From Prochlorococcus sp. AG-347-L17 (lineage in GTDB: Bacteria; Cyanobacteriota; Cyanobacteriia; PCC-6307; Cyanobiaceae), in NCBI GenBank assembly GCA_003278925.1, contig QCCN01000007.1:19742-83741 (forward strand): DNA of 64,000 nt, written 5' to 3'. The notes under the pieces were generated by a model, which ran no database searches, was not told where the DNA came from, and saw only the letters and a program-made list of their open reading frames with translations. This document shows, piece by piece, positions 22,106 through 32,579 of the stretch; the stretch's first letter is position 1, and every line of letters begins with the position of its first letter. A program made the position numbers and the translations under genes.

Positions 22106-25100
22106 TTAATTTCTTTTAATAAGTTCTTTATCGAAATTCTTAATTTCTCTTTCAAAAGACCCGAACCACAACATTAGTTGATCAATTTGATTTTGAATTT
22201 CAGTTGCACCTAAGCCCCTTATAGTGATGATTGAAAATGGTTGGCCTTCATTAAAATTAAATTTATTTTGAACACTACTTGCTAAAGAATTTTTAAGAAT
22301 TTTAAAAGTAGAATTTTTTAATTTTGTCTCAATCAAGATGTTTGGCTTTTTGAGCTTGATCTTATTAAAACCACATTTTTTAGCTAGTAATTTTATTCTC
22401 ATTATCATAATTAAGGACTCAACAGGTTTGGGTAAGTTTCCATATCTATTAACCCAGTCTGTAGCTAATTCAGTTAATTCATCATTATTTGAACATTCAG
22501 TTACAGATTTGTAAGCTTCAAGTTTCTCTTCTCTGTTTAATATCCATGTTGCAGGTATAAATGCATTTATTGGTAGATCAATTTGAGTGTCATTAACTTC
22601 AGGTATTTCTTGCCCGCTGATTTCTGAAATAGCCTCATGGAGCATTTCTATATATAAATCATATCCAATAGCATTAACCTTTCCACTTTGTTCTTCTCCT
22701 AGTAAACTACCAACACCTCTTATTTCCATATCTTTCATTGCAAGTTGGTATCCACTGCCTAGTTCTGAAAAGTCTTTTATCGCTTTCAATCTTTGTTTTG
22801 CAGCATCATTAATTTTATTTATATTTGGATAAAATAACCAAGCATGAGCTTGTACACCGCTTCTACCTACTCTTCCTCTAAGTTGATAAAGTTGTGAAAG
22901 GCCAAATTTGTGTGAATCTTCAATAATGATTGTATTTACTTTAGGGATGTCTAATCCACTTTCAATTATCGTTGTGCATATCATTAAATCTACTTCTCCA
23001 TTATTAAAAGCAATCATTGCATTTTCAAGCTCTGTTTCGTTCATTTGCCCATGAGCAACAATAAATTTTAAGCTGGGAAACATATTATTTAATTTGTTTA
23101 CAGCTTGATCTATATCAGAAATTCTTGGAAGAACATAAAAAATTTGACCTCCCCTATCAAGTTCTTGATTAATTGCAGTTCTTATAACATCCATATCTAT
23201 TTCAGATAAATATGTTTTTATTGATCTTCTTGATGGTGGAGGAGTGTTTAGTAAGCTCATTTGTCTTAGTCCAGATAAGCTCATATAAAGAGTTCTTGGA
23301 ATTGGAGTTGCCGAGAGAGTTAAAACGTCTATATTGTTTTTGATTTTTTTTATTTTCTCCTTTTGCCTTACTCCAAATCTTTGTTCTTCATCAATAACTA
23401 GAAGTCCTAAGTTTTTAATTTCTATTTCTTTTCCTAAAATTTGGTGCGTTGCTACAACTAAATCAATTTTGTTATTTTTTAAACCTGAATAGATTTCCTT
23501 TCTTTCATTAACAGTTTTGAATCTATTGAGTAATGATACTTTTATTGGGTAAGGTGAAAATCTATTACTTATTGTCCTCCAATGTTGCTGAGCTAGGATT
23601 GTTGTAGGTGCTAGTAATATTACCTGTTTGCCTGATGTAATAGCCTTAAAAATAGCCCGAACAGCTACTTCTGTTTTGCCAAATCCTACATCTCCACAAA
23701 CTAGCCTGTCCATTGGCTTTTCGCTTTCCATATCAGATTTTATTTCTTCTACAGCAGTAATTTGGTCAGGTGTTGGTTGATAAGGGAATGATTCCTCTAA
23801 TTCATCTTGCCAAGGACCATCTTCTGGGTAAATGTAACCCTTTAATTTTTCTCTCTTTGCATAAAGTTTTAAAATATCGACAGCAACTTTTTTGATTTGT
23901 TTCTTATTTTTTTCTTTTATTTTTTCCCACTCTGTCCCTCCTAATTTATTTATTTTCGGCTTTATTTTTCCGCTTGATCTATATCTGTTAACACTACCAA
24001 GTTGATCAGCGGCAACACTTATCTTTCCATCTTGATACTGAATGACTAAATAATCTCTTGAATCCCCAGTTATATTTATTTTTTCTATTTTTAAAAATTT
24101 TCCTATTCCATGATTTTTATGAACTATAAAATCACCGGGACTAATCTTATTTACATTTATATTTGAATTGACACTTCTTTTTTTTCTTCTTATGAATACA
24201 TTATTAAAAAGAGATTGTTGTGAATATAATTCTTTATCTGTTATCAGGACAACTTTCCATATCGGTAGATAAAACCCCTCGATTTCGTAATTGTTCTTAT
24301 TTTTTAAAATTAGAGGAGTTGAATTATTAATTGACTTATATGCTTCATCAATATCATTAGGATTATTTAAGAAGTTTGCATTACATTCGTGCTCAAAAAG
24401 TAAAGTCCTTGTTCTCAATGGTTGTGCTGATAATATCCATACTTTTTCATTATTTTTTATATTTTTATTTATATCATTGGATAATTTCCCTACATTTTTA
24501 GAGTATGAATTTAATCTTTTATCGTTTAACAAAAATCTATTATCGATATTGATTTTAGATTCAAATTCATAAAATTTTATTAAATTAAAATTTCCTAGTG
24601 ATTTTAATATTTCGTTAAACTTTAAATGCAAATTAGGTTTGGCCTCTAAATTAATGTCATTATTTTTAAGGTTCTCATTTAATTCGTACCTATAATTATC
24701 AAAATTACTTTCTGAATCTAGATACCAATTATTTGCAAATTTTTTACAATCTTCTAATTCATCAATTACAAGAATTGTTTCCCTATTTATAAAATCTATT
24801 ATGTTTGAGGGTTCTCCTTCAATTATTCCTAAATAACGATCAAGGTTATTTTTATTTATATCTTCTGAATTAAAAAGATTGTTCTTGGATAAATTATTTA
24901 ACTTATCTTTTATTAGCAAATCAAATCCAGCCTGTATTATTTCAATAGTATTTATACTTTCTAATGTTTTCTGTGTCTGGGGATCATATTCTCTTATTTT
25001 CTCAATTACATTATCAAAAAATTCTAATCTTATAGGAAACTCATTATTGACAGGATAAATATCTATTATTTCCCCTCTCCTACTCCAGAATCCTTCAGTT

Positions 25101-25615
25101 GAAGTTACATTATCCTTTGTATAGCCCAACAAAGTAAGTTTATTTGCTAATTCTTGAATCTCGATTTGAACTCCTTTTTGCAAATCCAACTTGTTTTCAA
25201 TTAATAGGTTTTTATTTATTAGATGAGGTTGTAATGATCTCTCAGTTGATATAACAATATTAAGTTCATTTTTCTCTTTTTTTATTAATTTGGATAAAAC
25301 AGTAAGCTGACTAAATTCAATCTCTTTGGATTTATTAATTGATGAGTATGGGAGATGTTCTGTTGGAGGATAATATAAAATTGCTTTATCATTTATACTT
25401 TCAAAATAACCAATCCATTTGTAGGCAATTTCTACATTAGGACAAATTAATAATATATTTTTTTCCTCTTTTTTTGCGATGCTATCTAATATTATTGATT
25501 TTGCATATCTACTTGAACCAACAATATTTAATTCATTATTTTTTGAAATTCTTTTTATCAATTCAGAAGTAATTTGTGAGTTCGAAATATAATCAACTAA
25601 AGTATTTAAACTCAT
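22106..25615 (-). CDS. mfd: transcription-repair coupling factor
   Basis: CarD-like RID, DRLVCGDVGFGKTEVA, DEEQRFGV, QLRGRVGR, TRG motif, TRCF C-terminus. Confidence 0.98.
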   Translation of the reverse strand: MSLNTLVDYISNSQITSELIKRISKNNELNIVGSSRYAKSIILDSIAKKEEKNILLICPNVEIAYKWIGYFESINDKAILYYPPTEHLPYSSINKSKEIEFSQLTVLSKLIKKEKNELNIVISTERSLQPHLINKNLLIENKLDLQKGVQIEIQELANKLTLLGYTKDNVTSTEGFWSRRGEIIDIYPVNNEFPIRLEFFDNVIEKIREYDPQTQKTLESINTIEIIQAGFDLLIKDKLNNLSKNNLFNSEDINKNNLDRYLGIIEGEPSNIIDFINRETILVIDELEDCKKFANNWYLDSESNFDNYRYELNENLKNNDINLEAKPNLHLKFNEILKSLGNFNLIKFYEFESKINIDNRFLLNDKRLNSYSKNVGKLSNDINKNIKNNEKVWILSAQPLRTRTLLFEHECNANFLNNPNDIDEAYKSINNSTPLILKNKNNYEIEGFYLPIWKVVLITDKELYSQQSLFNNVFIRRKKRSVNSNINVNKISPGDFIVHKNHGIGKFLKIEKINITGDSRDYLVIQYQDGKISVAADQLGSVNRYRSSGKIKPKINKLGGTEWEKIKEKNKKQIKKVAVDILKLYAKREKLKGYIYPEDGPWQDELEESFPYQPTPDQITAVEEIKSDMESEKPMDRLVCGDVGFGKTEVAVRAIFKAITSGKQVILLAPTTILAQQHWRTISNRFSPYPIKVSLLNRFKTVNERKEIYSGLKNNKIDLVVATHQILGKEIEIKNLGLLVIDEEQRFGVRQKEKIKKIKNNIDVLTLSATPIPRTLYMSLSGLRQMSLLNTPPPSRRSIKTYLSEIDMDVIRTAINQELDRGGQIFYVLPRISDIDQAVNKLNNMFPSLKFIVAHGQMNETELENAMIAFNNGEVDLMICTTIIESGLDIPKVNTIIIEDSHKFGLSQLYQLRGRVGRSGVQAHAWLFYPNINKINDAAKQRLKAIKDFSELGSGYQLAMKDMEIRGVGSLLGEEQSGKVNAIGYDLYIEMLHEAISEISGQEIPEVNDTQIDLPINAFIPATWILNREEKLEAYKSVTECSNNDELTELATDWVNRYGNLPKPVESLIMIMRIKLLAKKCGFNKIKLKKPNILIETKLKNSTFKILKNSLASSVQNKFNFNEGQPFSIITIRGLGATEIQNQIDQLMLWFGSFEREIKNFDKELIKRN

Positions 25616-25689
25616 TTATAACTATCAATCTTGATTACAAATATCCGATACATTATATTAGATTTTATACTGATTGTGAATAATATTAG

Positions 25690-26400
25690 ATGGATTCCGC
25701 CGCAATAAATTCTTTTATACCCACACTAGATCAGGTAGACAGTTGGTACGAAATCTTTACACTTTTACCAATATTAATTTCTCTAGAATTATTATTATCT
25801 GCAGACAATGCTGTAGCACTAGCTTCTCTTACTAAATCCCTCGATAGTTCAGAATTAAGGTCAAGAGCCTTAAATATTGGTATAACAATATCTTTATTAT
25901 TTAGAATTATTCTAATCATATTATCTAATGTTCTTCTAAAGTTTATTCTTATTAGAGTTTTTGCTGGTTTTTATTTAATTTATTTATTCTTCTCTAATGT
26001 TTTTTTAAATTCAGATATAGAAAACGCTGAAAATGGGACAGATAATAATAAAAATAATTTTAGGTTTTTGAGGGTTGTTGCGCTTCTTTCAATTACTGAT
26101 TTTGCTTTTTCCATAGACAGTATCACTACTGCAGTAGCTATAAGTGATCAATACATATTAATTATATTTGGAGCAGTGATAGGAGTATTAGCCTTAAGAT
26201 TTACATCGGGGATTTTTCTAAAACTTCTGGATATATTTTCTAGATTAGAAACAGCCGGTTACGTAGCAATTTTAATAGTTGGGATTAAACTTTTACTAAA
26301 TACGTTAATTAAAGAATCTATTCTCCCAGACTATTATTTTTATTTTTTGATTCTTTTTGCTTTCATTTGGGGATTCTCTAAAAAAGAATCTAAAACTTAA
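25690..26400 (+). CDS. TerC family (YkoY-like) membrane protein
   Basis: ELLLSADNA and DFAFSIDSI motifs. Confidence 0.88.
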   Translation: MDSAAINSFIPTLDQVDSWYEIFTLLPILISLELLLSADNAVALASLTKSLDSSELRSRALNIGITISLLFRIILIILSNVLLKFILIRVFAGFYLIYLFFSNVFLNSDIENAENGTDNNKNNFRFLRVVALLSITDFAFSIDSITTAVAISDQYILIIFGAVIGVLALRFTSGIFLKLLDIFSRLETAGYVAILIVGIKLLLNTLIKESILPDYYFYFLILFAFIWGFSKKESKT

Positions 26401-27383
26401 TCTGAGAGATATTCACCTGCTGATGGCTTTAACTGTTGAATCAATTGCTTTTTGCTAGAAATGTTTTTGCCTTCAAGTTTTGCTTCTAACAAAATAATCG
26501 GATCAGTTTTAGTTGAAATTATAATTCCTTCATTTTCTATTACAGCGAGAATAATACCTGGTCTTGAATAATTGCTCATGAAAAGGTATTTTTCATTTTT
26601 AATTACATCACTAGTCAAAACTTTGATTTTAAGTATTTTAAGGTTCTTACCTCTAAGATTTGTATTTGTTCGTGGATATAATCCTCTTATTTTTTGAGAA
26701 ATTTTAATTGCCTCATTACCCCAATCAACTTTAAAGTCTGATTTTTCAATCATTCTTGCGTAAGTAATTTCTCTTCCAAGGGTATTTTGTTTTATTAATT
26801 GAGGATTAGAATTTTTATTAATATTTTCTTCGATTATAGATGTAGCATTTAAAAATAATTTTGACGATAAAATACTAAGTTTTTCCGATAGTGTATTTAA
26901 ATTATCGTTATTATTAATTTTAATTTTTTCTTCCAACAATATGTCGCCAGTATCTAGTCCCTCATTCATTTTCATAATTCCTACACCAGTAAATTCATCG
27001 CCTCTTATTAGGGACCATTGAATTGGGGCGGCACCACGCCATCTAGGCAGTAATGAAGCATGTGCGTTCCAACATCCAAATTTTGGGATTTCCAATATCT
27101 CTTTGGGTAAAATTTTCCCGTAAGCTATAACAATAAATAAATCACAAGAAAGTGATTTAAGTTCATTTATAAAATCTATATTGCCCCTGATTTTTTCTGG
27201 AGTATAAATTTTTATAGATTCTTTCTCAGCAAAGCTTTTTACAGGTGAGGCTATTAATTTATTTCCCCTAGATCTCTTCTTATCAGGTTGGCTAACTACT
27301 GCAATTACCTCGTGCTTAGATTTAATAAAAATATCAAGACTAGGAATTGAATATTCAGGTGTTCCCCAGAATATAATTCTCAC
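26397..27383 (-). CDS. fmt: methionyl-tRNA formyltransferase
   Basis: FWGTPEY, SQPDK, NAHASLLPRWRGAAPIQW, GLDTGD. Confidence 0.97.
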   Translation of the reverse strand: MRIIFWGTPEYSIPSLDIFIKSKHEVIAVVSQPDKKRSRGNKLIASPVKSFAEKESIKIYTPEKIRGNIDFINELKSLSCDLFIVIAYGKILPKEILEIPKFGCWNAHASLLPRWRGAAPIQWSLIRGDEFTGVGIMKMNEGLDTGDILLEEKIKINNNDNLNTLSEKLSILSSKLFLNATSIIEENINKNSNPQLIKQNTLGREITYARMIEKSDFKVDWGNEAIKISQKIRGLYPRTNTNLRGKNLKILKIKVLTSDVIKNEKYLFMSNYSRPGIILAVIENEGIIISTKTDPIILLEAKLEGKNISSKKQLIQQLKPSAGEYLSD

Positions 27384-28732
27384 GCGTCACCAGTTATTGA
27401 TAATTCATCTACCCATATATGTGGAGAAATTCCACTTGTTGTTACCTCCTGGCTTGATTCAATATTTACTATATTTTTCAAAAGATATTTAATATCACCT
27501 GCTACTGTGGCAGATTCTATTGAGATTTTTTTTCCGTTTTTGTAGAGCCATCCATCAAATGGAAGAGAAAATGAACCTTGACTTGCTCTAACACCTGCAT
27601 GGATTGCATTTAACTCTTCTATATAAACAAATTCTCCCTCATAAGTAGAGTGATCTAGTGATGTTTTTAGATCAAAGTTTTCATCTGATTTTTCAACTAC
27701 GATCCAATCAGGAGATACTGAAACTTTTGATCCTAGTCCAGCGTGGCCAGTGGGAGTCGTTTTAAATATTCTTGCAGTTGATTCAGAATGTATAAAATTT
27801 TCAATTCTCCCTCTGTTAATTAGACATAGTCTTTTGGTTGGGGTTCCCTCTCCATCAAATGGTGTTGAAGAAATATTCTTTTCGTGAAGACCATCATCAT
27901 AAATATTAAGTGCTTCTGTAGATAGTTTCTCTCCAATTGAATTTTTATTAGATAAGCTCACTCCATCTATGATGCTTCTAGCATTAAACATTGAGCTAAA
28001 GGCGTTAATGATAGTTAAAAAAGACTCTGGGGAAAAACATATTAAATATTTATCAGTTTTAATAGATGAATAATTTAAATGAGAAATTGTTTTATTTGAA
28101 GCCTCTTTAATACAGGACTCTATATCTATATCATCAGCTCCATATCCAAGTTTTACGGAACCTGAACTACGAGGCTTCTTATTTTTCTCTTCTGCTCTTG
28201 CATATAAATATAGTGCTGCTTGACTTTTGGAATAACTTCGAAAGGCTCCCTCACTATTTGCATAAACTCTCTCAAAGAAACTCTCAGATAAACCATTATA
28301 TGGAACAGATTTTATGGATTCATGACTTTCTAATAATTTTACTTCCGCTTCTCTTAAAACTGTAAGTAATTTTTTTATTCCAACAGGATTTCTTTTTTTA
28401 ACTTCCTTAACTTTAATAGGATCCTTCGCTAGTGGTGAAAATTCTGTAGATTCATTCTTATTGCCGAAATCAGAAGCTATATTTGCTTGCTTAAGAGCCT
28501 TTTTAATACCAGATTCACTAATATCACTTGTTGTAGTAATACCAACTAGATTAGATTGATTCCAAACTCTTATAGTTAAAATTTGTTTTTGTGATGCCTT
28601 AAGTTGTTTAGCCTCTCCTTTGTCTACTTGCACAGAATAATCATTAGAGAAGCTTGCTCCATAATCCCATTTTCTAAGATTTAGGAAATCTGCAGCTTTG
28701 GAGATTTGAGTTGTGATTTCTCTTGAATTCAT
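27380..28732 (-). CDS. pmbA: TldE/PmbA family protein
   Basis: PFDGEGTP, TPTGHA, G.FSLP motifs; paired with tldD. Confidence 0.88.
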   Translation of the reverse strand: MNSREITTQISKAADFLNLRKWDYGASFSNDYSVQVDKGEAKQLKASQKQILTIRVWNQSNLVGITTTSDISESGIKKALKQANIASDFGNKNESTEFSPLAKDPIKVKEVKKRNPVGIKKLLTVLREAEVKLLESHESIKSVPYNGLSESFFERVYANSEGAFRSYSKSQAALYLYARAEEKNKKPRSSGSVKLGYGADDIDIESCIKEASNKTISHLNYSSIKTDKYLICFSPESFLTIINAFSSMFNARSIIDGVSLSNKNSIGEKLSTEALNIYDDGLHEKNISSTPFDGEGTPTKRLCLINRGRIENFIHSESTARIFKTTPTGHAGLGSKVSVSPDWIVVEKSDENFDLKTSLDHSTYEGEFVYIEELNAIHAGVRASQGSFSLPFDGWLYKNGKKISIESATVAGDIKYLLKNIVNIESSQEVTTSGISPHIWVDELSITGDA

Positions 28733-28735
28733 ATC

Positions 28736-30157
28736 TTATCTTCCGCCAACAGTTATTGAATCAACCTTAATATGAGGTTGGCCAACTGTAACGTTGACAC
28801 TTCCACTAATGGATCCACAGAATCCAGGAGCCAATTCAAGATCATTTCCGCACATTGATATTTTTGGCATAACTTCTTTAGCCTCACCGATCAATGTTGC
28901 TCCCTTTACTGGACTAGTTAATTTTCCATTTTTAATAAGATATCCTTCTTCTACCGCAAAATTAAATTGTCCTGTAGCACCTACACTGCCACCACCCATT
29001 GATTTGCAGTAAAGCCCTTCACTAATACTATTGATTAAATCCTCTTTAGAGTGCTCACCTTTAGCTATATAAGTATTTCTCATTCTTGAAGCTGCAGCAA
29101 AAGAATAATTTTGTCTTCTTCCACTTCCTGTTCTTTTATGGCCAGTTCTTAATTCACCTGCCCTATCGGATATGAATTTTTTTAAAATTCCATCTTTTAT
29201 AAGAACTGATTTTTCGGGTTCCATACCTTCATCATCTACTGATAATGAACCGAAGGATCCTTCTGATATCCCTTCATCTATTGCTGTTACAGATTCATGA
29301 GCAATTTTTTCATTCAATTTATTCTCAAATGGTGTTGTTCCTCTCTCTATTTGAGTAGTTTCAAGTAGATGACCACAGGCTTCATGGAATATAACGCCAC
29401 CAAATTTATTAGCTAATACAACAGGCATTTGTCCTGCATCAACATAATCTGCATACAACATGTTCATTGAACTTTCAAACACATCATTAGCTGCTTTTTC
29501 GTGATCCCATAATCTAAATTCATTAGGCATCCCTGACGATCCAAATCTTCTACTTCCACTAGATCTATATTGGGCATCACTTGCAATTACGTTGAGACCA
29601 ACTGTTTGATGCAATCTAATATCTGAGACATAGGTTCCGTCACTGGCGGCTATAATTACCTCTTGAAGATTTCTTGAGTAACTTCCTTTCCTAGTTATAA
29701 TTTTATTATTTTTTTTTAAAGACTTTGTGCTAACTAGTAGTTTTTCACTTATCTCATGAATAGATGGGACTTCATTAATCCATTTTTTCTTGGATAAACT
29801 ATAGTCCCTATGTTTATTTAAACCGTTAAATAGTTCTCTTTTGTTATCTGTTATGTCTAACATCTCAATAGCCTGAGATACCGATCTCATCAAGCCATGC
29901 TTTGTTAAATCATTTGTACTTACAAATCCATCCTTTTTTCCGTTGAAGATTCTAATGCCAGCACCCCTTCCAAATGATGGACTTACACTTGTAATAAAAT
30001 CTTCTTCTGCTAACACGCTTGAGTTGTCAGTATTCTCTATAAATATTTCTACAAAATCAGCACCAAGTCCAATTCCGTAGAAAATGATTTCTTCTAATAA
30101 ATCTTTATTGCAACTACCAAAAACGATTTCATTTGATTTGATTTGTGACGAAAGCAT
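28736..30157 (-). CDS. tldD: TldD metalloprotease
   Basis: Intact FHEACGH zinc motif, DDEG, RMRNT, CG...VGQPH. Confidence 0.92.
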   Translation of the reverse strand: MLSSQIKSNEIVFGSCNKDLLEEIIFYGIGLGADFVEIFIENTDNSSVLAEEDFITSVSPSFGRGAGIRIFNGKKDGFVSTNDLTKHGLMRSVSQAIEMLDITDNKRELFNGLNKHRDYSLSKKKWINEVPSIHEISEKLLVSTKSLKKNNKIITRKGSYSRNLQEVIIAASDGTYVSDIRLHQTVGLNVIASDAQYRSSGSRRFGSSGMPNEFRLWDHEKAANDVFESSMNMLYADYVDAGQMPVVLANKFGGVIFHEACGHLLETTQIERGTTPFENKLNEKIAHESVTAIDEGISEGSFGSLSVDDEGMEPEKSVLIKDGILKKFISDRAGELRTGHKRTGSGRRQNYSFAAASRMRNTYIAKGEHSKEDLINSISEGLYCKSMGGGSVGATGQFNFAVEEGYLIKNGKLTSPVKGATLIGEAKEVMPKISMCGNDLELAPGFCGSISGSVNVTVGQPHIKVDSITVGGR

Positions 30158-30188
30158 ATGAGTCTATAAATCTTCTCTGTATTAAAGA

Positions 30189-31361
30189 TTATCTAATCGA
30201 AGGTTGGAAATCTTTGCTATCAAGAGGTTTTAATAAGTATAGTCTTAATAACTGGTAACCGTTTGATAAATATTTAGGTAATTTTTTAAAAGTTTTAGAT
30301 ACTTTATTTCCATCACTGTTTGCAATATCAGAAAGAATCTTATTATTCTCTACTATTTTATCTAATCTTCCATAAAAAGATTTATCATAAACGTCCATTA
30401 CTACAGGGAAAACTCTAGCTGCAGTTTCATTCGTTTTATTAATAACAAACTGATCGTAATCTCTGGCATCTAAACCTAAAGAACTGTAGAAATCTTTTTT
30501 AATTCCCAAATCCCTTGCATACATAGTTGCAAATACAGCTAATAGAAAGAACCTTGACCATAACTTGGATGTTAATGGAAGATTATTCAAGAAATATCTA
30601 AACCTATGGAAGTAGTCGAATAATGGGTGTGTAAAAGTAGAGCCGCCAATGGTAATTTTTTGGCTTAATGATTTAACAGTACGCGGCTGTGCTTTCATTA
30701 ATGCGTCAAAGAAATCCCCATGTCTATTTTCATCTTGACACCAATTTTCAAAGTAATTAAATAGTGGAAAAATTTTGCTATCAGGGTTCTTTTCGAGATG
30801 CCTATAAATTGCTATGTATCTCCAATAACCTATTTTTTCGGATAAATAAGTAGCGTAAAAAATACTTCTAGGAGGGAAATAAGTGTAATCTTTATTGGCT
30901 GTTAAAAAACCTAAATCTAACTGAAGTCCAAAGTCACTCATTGATTTATTTAAAAAACCTGCATGTCTTGCTTCATCTCTGGCCATATGAGCAAAACATT
31001 CAGCAAGTAGAGGGTTTTTGACTTTAATTCTCTTACTAAGTTCCTTGTAAAGTAAAAAACCTGAAAATTCTGATGTACAACTTCCCTCGAGAAAATCAAC
31101 AAAAAGCTCTCTTGTCTCAGGATCTAATTTTTCTGCAGCGCCTTCAAATTCACTATTTCTTACAAAATGATGCCTATTGTAATCTTTCCTAAATTCCTCA
31201 CAAATAGCTTCTAATTCCTCCTCGTTTATTGATAAATCCATATTTTCCATAGCCTCAAAGTCTGTTGTATAGAATCTTGGGGACAAAATTGTTTCTTTTG
31301 CTGGTATCTTTCCATTATTAATATCTTTTTTATTTTTTGATTCAACAGTTGATTGAGCCAT
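30189..31361 (-). CDS. acsF: Mg-protoporphyrin IX monomethyl ester oxidative cyclase
   Basis: [34 protein letters not shown] di-iron motifs. Confidence 0.97.
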   Translation of the reverse strand: MAQSTVESKNKKDINNGKIPAKETILSPRFYTTDFEAMENMDLSINEEELEAICEEFRKDYNRHHFVRNSEFEGAAEKLDPETRELFVDFLEGSCTSEFSGFLLYKELSKRIKVKNPLLAECFAHMARDEARHAGFLNKSMSDFGLQLDLGFLTANKDYTYFPPRSIFYATYLSEKIGYWRYIAIYRHLEKNPDSKIFPLFNYFENWCQDENRHGDFFDALMKAQPRTVKSLSQKITIGGSTFTHPLFDYFHRFRYFLNNLPLTSKLWSRFFLLAVFATMYARDLGIKKDFYSSLGLDARDYDQFVINKTNETAARVFPVVMDVYDKSFYGRLDKIVENNKILSDIANSDGNKVSKTFKKLPKYLSNGYQLLRLYLLKPLDSKDFQPSIR

Positions 31362-31441
31362 TTTTTATTCGGTTTATTAATACTATTATTTACTATTATT
31401 TGTATTTTCGAGGGAAAAGTTAACTTGGTGTTATTGTTTTT

Positions 31442-32008
31442 CTAATTAACTCCTATTAACTTTTGCCCATTCAATCTTTGAAGTACTCTTGAAATTATTA
31501 ATTTTAGGGTAATTCTTTTTTCGTCAATAAGAAAGGATTCAATAATACTGGGTTGTTGATTAGGTTTTGATAAGGAAATACTTTTTAATGAACTAATGTC
31601 ATCCTTCTCAAAGGATAACCAAAAGTTACATGTATCTTTAATTTCACAATTTATTACCCAACATTTATCTCCAGCAATGGGTCTATTTGTGTTAGTAAGG
31701 TTAATATTGTTTATTTCAAATCCTCTATGATTAATTTCCTCAGTAAGTGAAGGAATTAGGTGCATGTTAATGAATTCTTGGAAAGGCTTTTTCTCTACTG
31801 GGAGTTCTTTTTTTGGTTTTGTTATAGGTTTTTCGGGAGTATTAATTTCATTTTTTATAAGAACTTTAGTAGCAGAATCACCATTATTTATATCCTTGTT
31901 GATAACTTTTTCTGATTTAGGTTCTTTTATTTCCTCAGAGTTTGATTTAGTAGTGTTGTCAGATATTTCTTTATTAGCTTCATTATTTTTGTCTAAATTT
32001 TCTTCCAT
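31442..32008 (-). CDS. DUF2996 family protein
   Basis: E.KPF.EFI and IESFLIDEKRITL...RLNGQK motifs. Confidence 0.75.
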   Translation of the reverse strand: MEENLDKNNEANKEISDNTTKSNSEEIKEPKSEKVINKDINNGDSATKVLIKNEINTPEKPITKPKKELPVEKKPFQEFINMHLIPSLTEEINHRGFEINNINLTNTNRPIAGDKCWVINCEIKDTCNFWLSFEKDDISSLKSISLSKPNQQPSIIESFLIDEKRITLKLIISRVLQRLNGQKLIGVN

Positions 32009-32068
32009 AAAAAAAAAACTATTTATCCTATTATAAATTAAAAAAACATTTTTTAATTAATTTTTTTT

Positions 32069-32512
32069 CTACCAATCATTATCGGCACTATCCCAGTCAT
32101 CGTTAATATCCTGATTTGAATAACTTTGATCTTTTTTAAAATTATTATCATCCATATTTTTGACTACTCTGTAATTAACAGAAATCGTTGGTTGAGTTTC
32201 TCTAATATCCCTTTGTGGCGGCATCTCAACGTTTGGTTCTATTTCTTCCTCATTATTATTAGATACAAAATTATCTTCCACATTTTCGAAAGTTTTTTTT
32301 CTGAAACTAGTACTAGTTATTGTTGTATTTAATAAAGTGCTTACAAATAAACCTGAAAAAAATGAAATACTGATTAACTTACCTATACTTACTTCCTGGA
32401 GAGTCCATTTAAAGTATCTAAATGAAGTCTTCTGATTATTATTTGTATATAATAAAATTTGAATAATTATTAGAAAAAAAAGAGTTAATAATAAATATTT
32501 TTTTTTAAACAT
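32069..32512 (-). CDS. hypothetical membrane protein (LapA-like N-terminus, acidic tail)
   Basis: Two N-terminal hydrophobic segments; PPQRDIRETQPTISVNYRV; DDW tail. Confidence 0.7.
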   Translation of the reverse strand: MFKKKYLLLTLFFLIIIQILLYTNNNQKTSFRYFKWTLQEVSIGKLISISFFSGLFVSTLLNTTITSTSFRKKTFENVEDNFVSNNNEEEIEPNVEMPPQRDIRETQPTISVNYRVVKNMDDNNFKKDQSYSNQDINDDWDSADNDW

Positions 32513-32579
32513 ATTTCTAATAAAGTTATCTTAAATTTTTTGGGTTAATATTTCCATAATATAATTTTTGAAAAAATAT

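Noticed and set aside
25616-25689. yybP-ykoY riboswitch upstream of the TerC gene
   Set aside because: The gap is only 74 nt, very AT-rich and shared with the divergent mfd promoter; no conserved core is seen.
31381-31400. TACTATTATT x2 upstream of acsF
   Set aside because: Low-complexity AT duplication with no further support.
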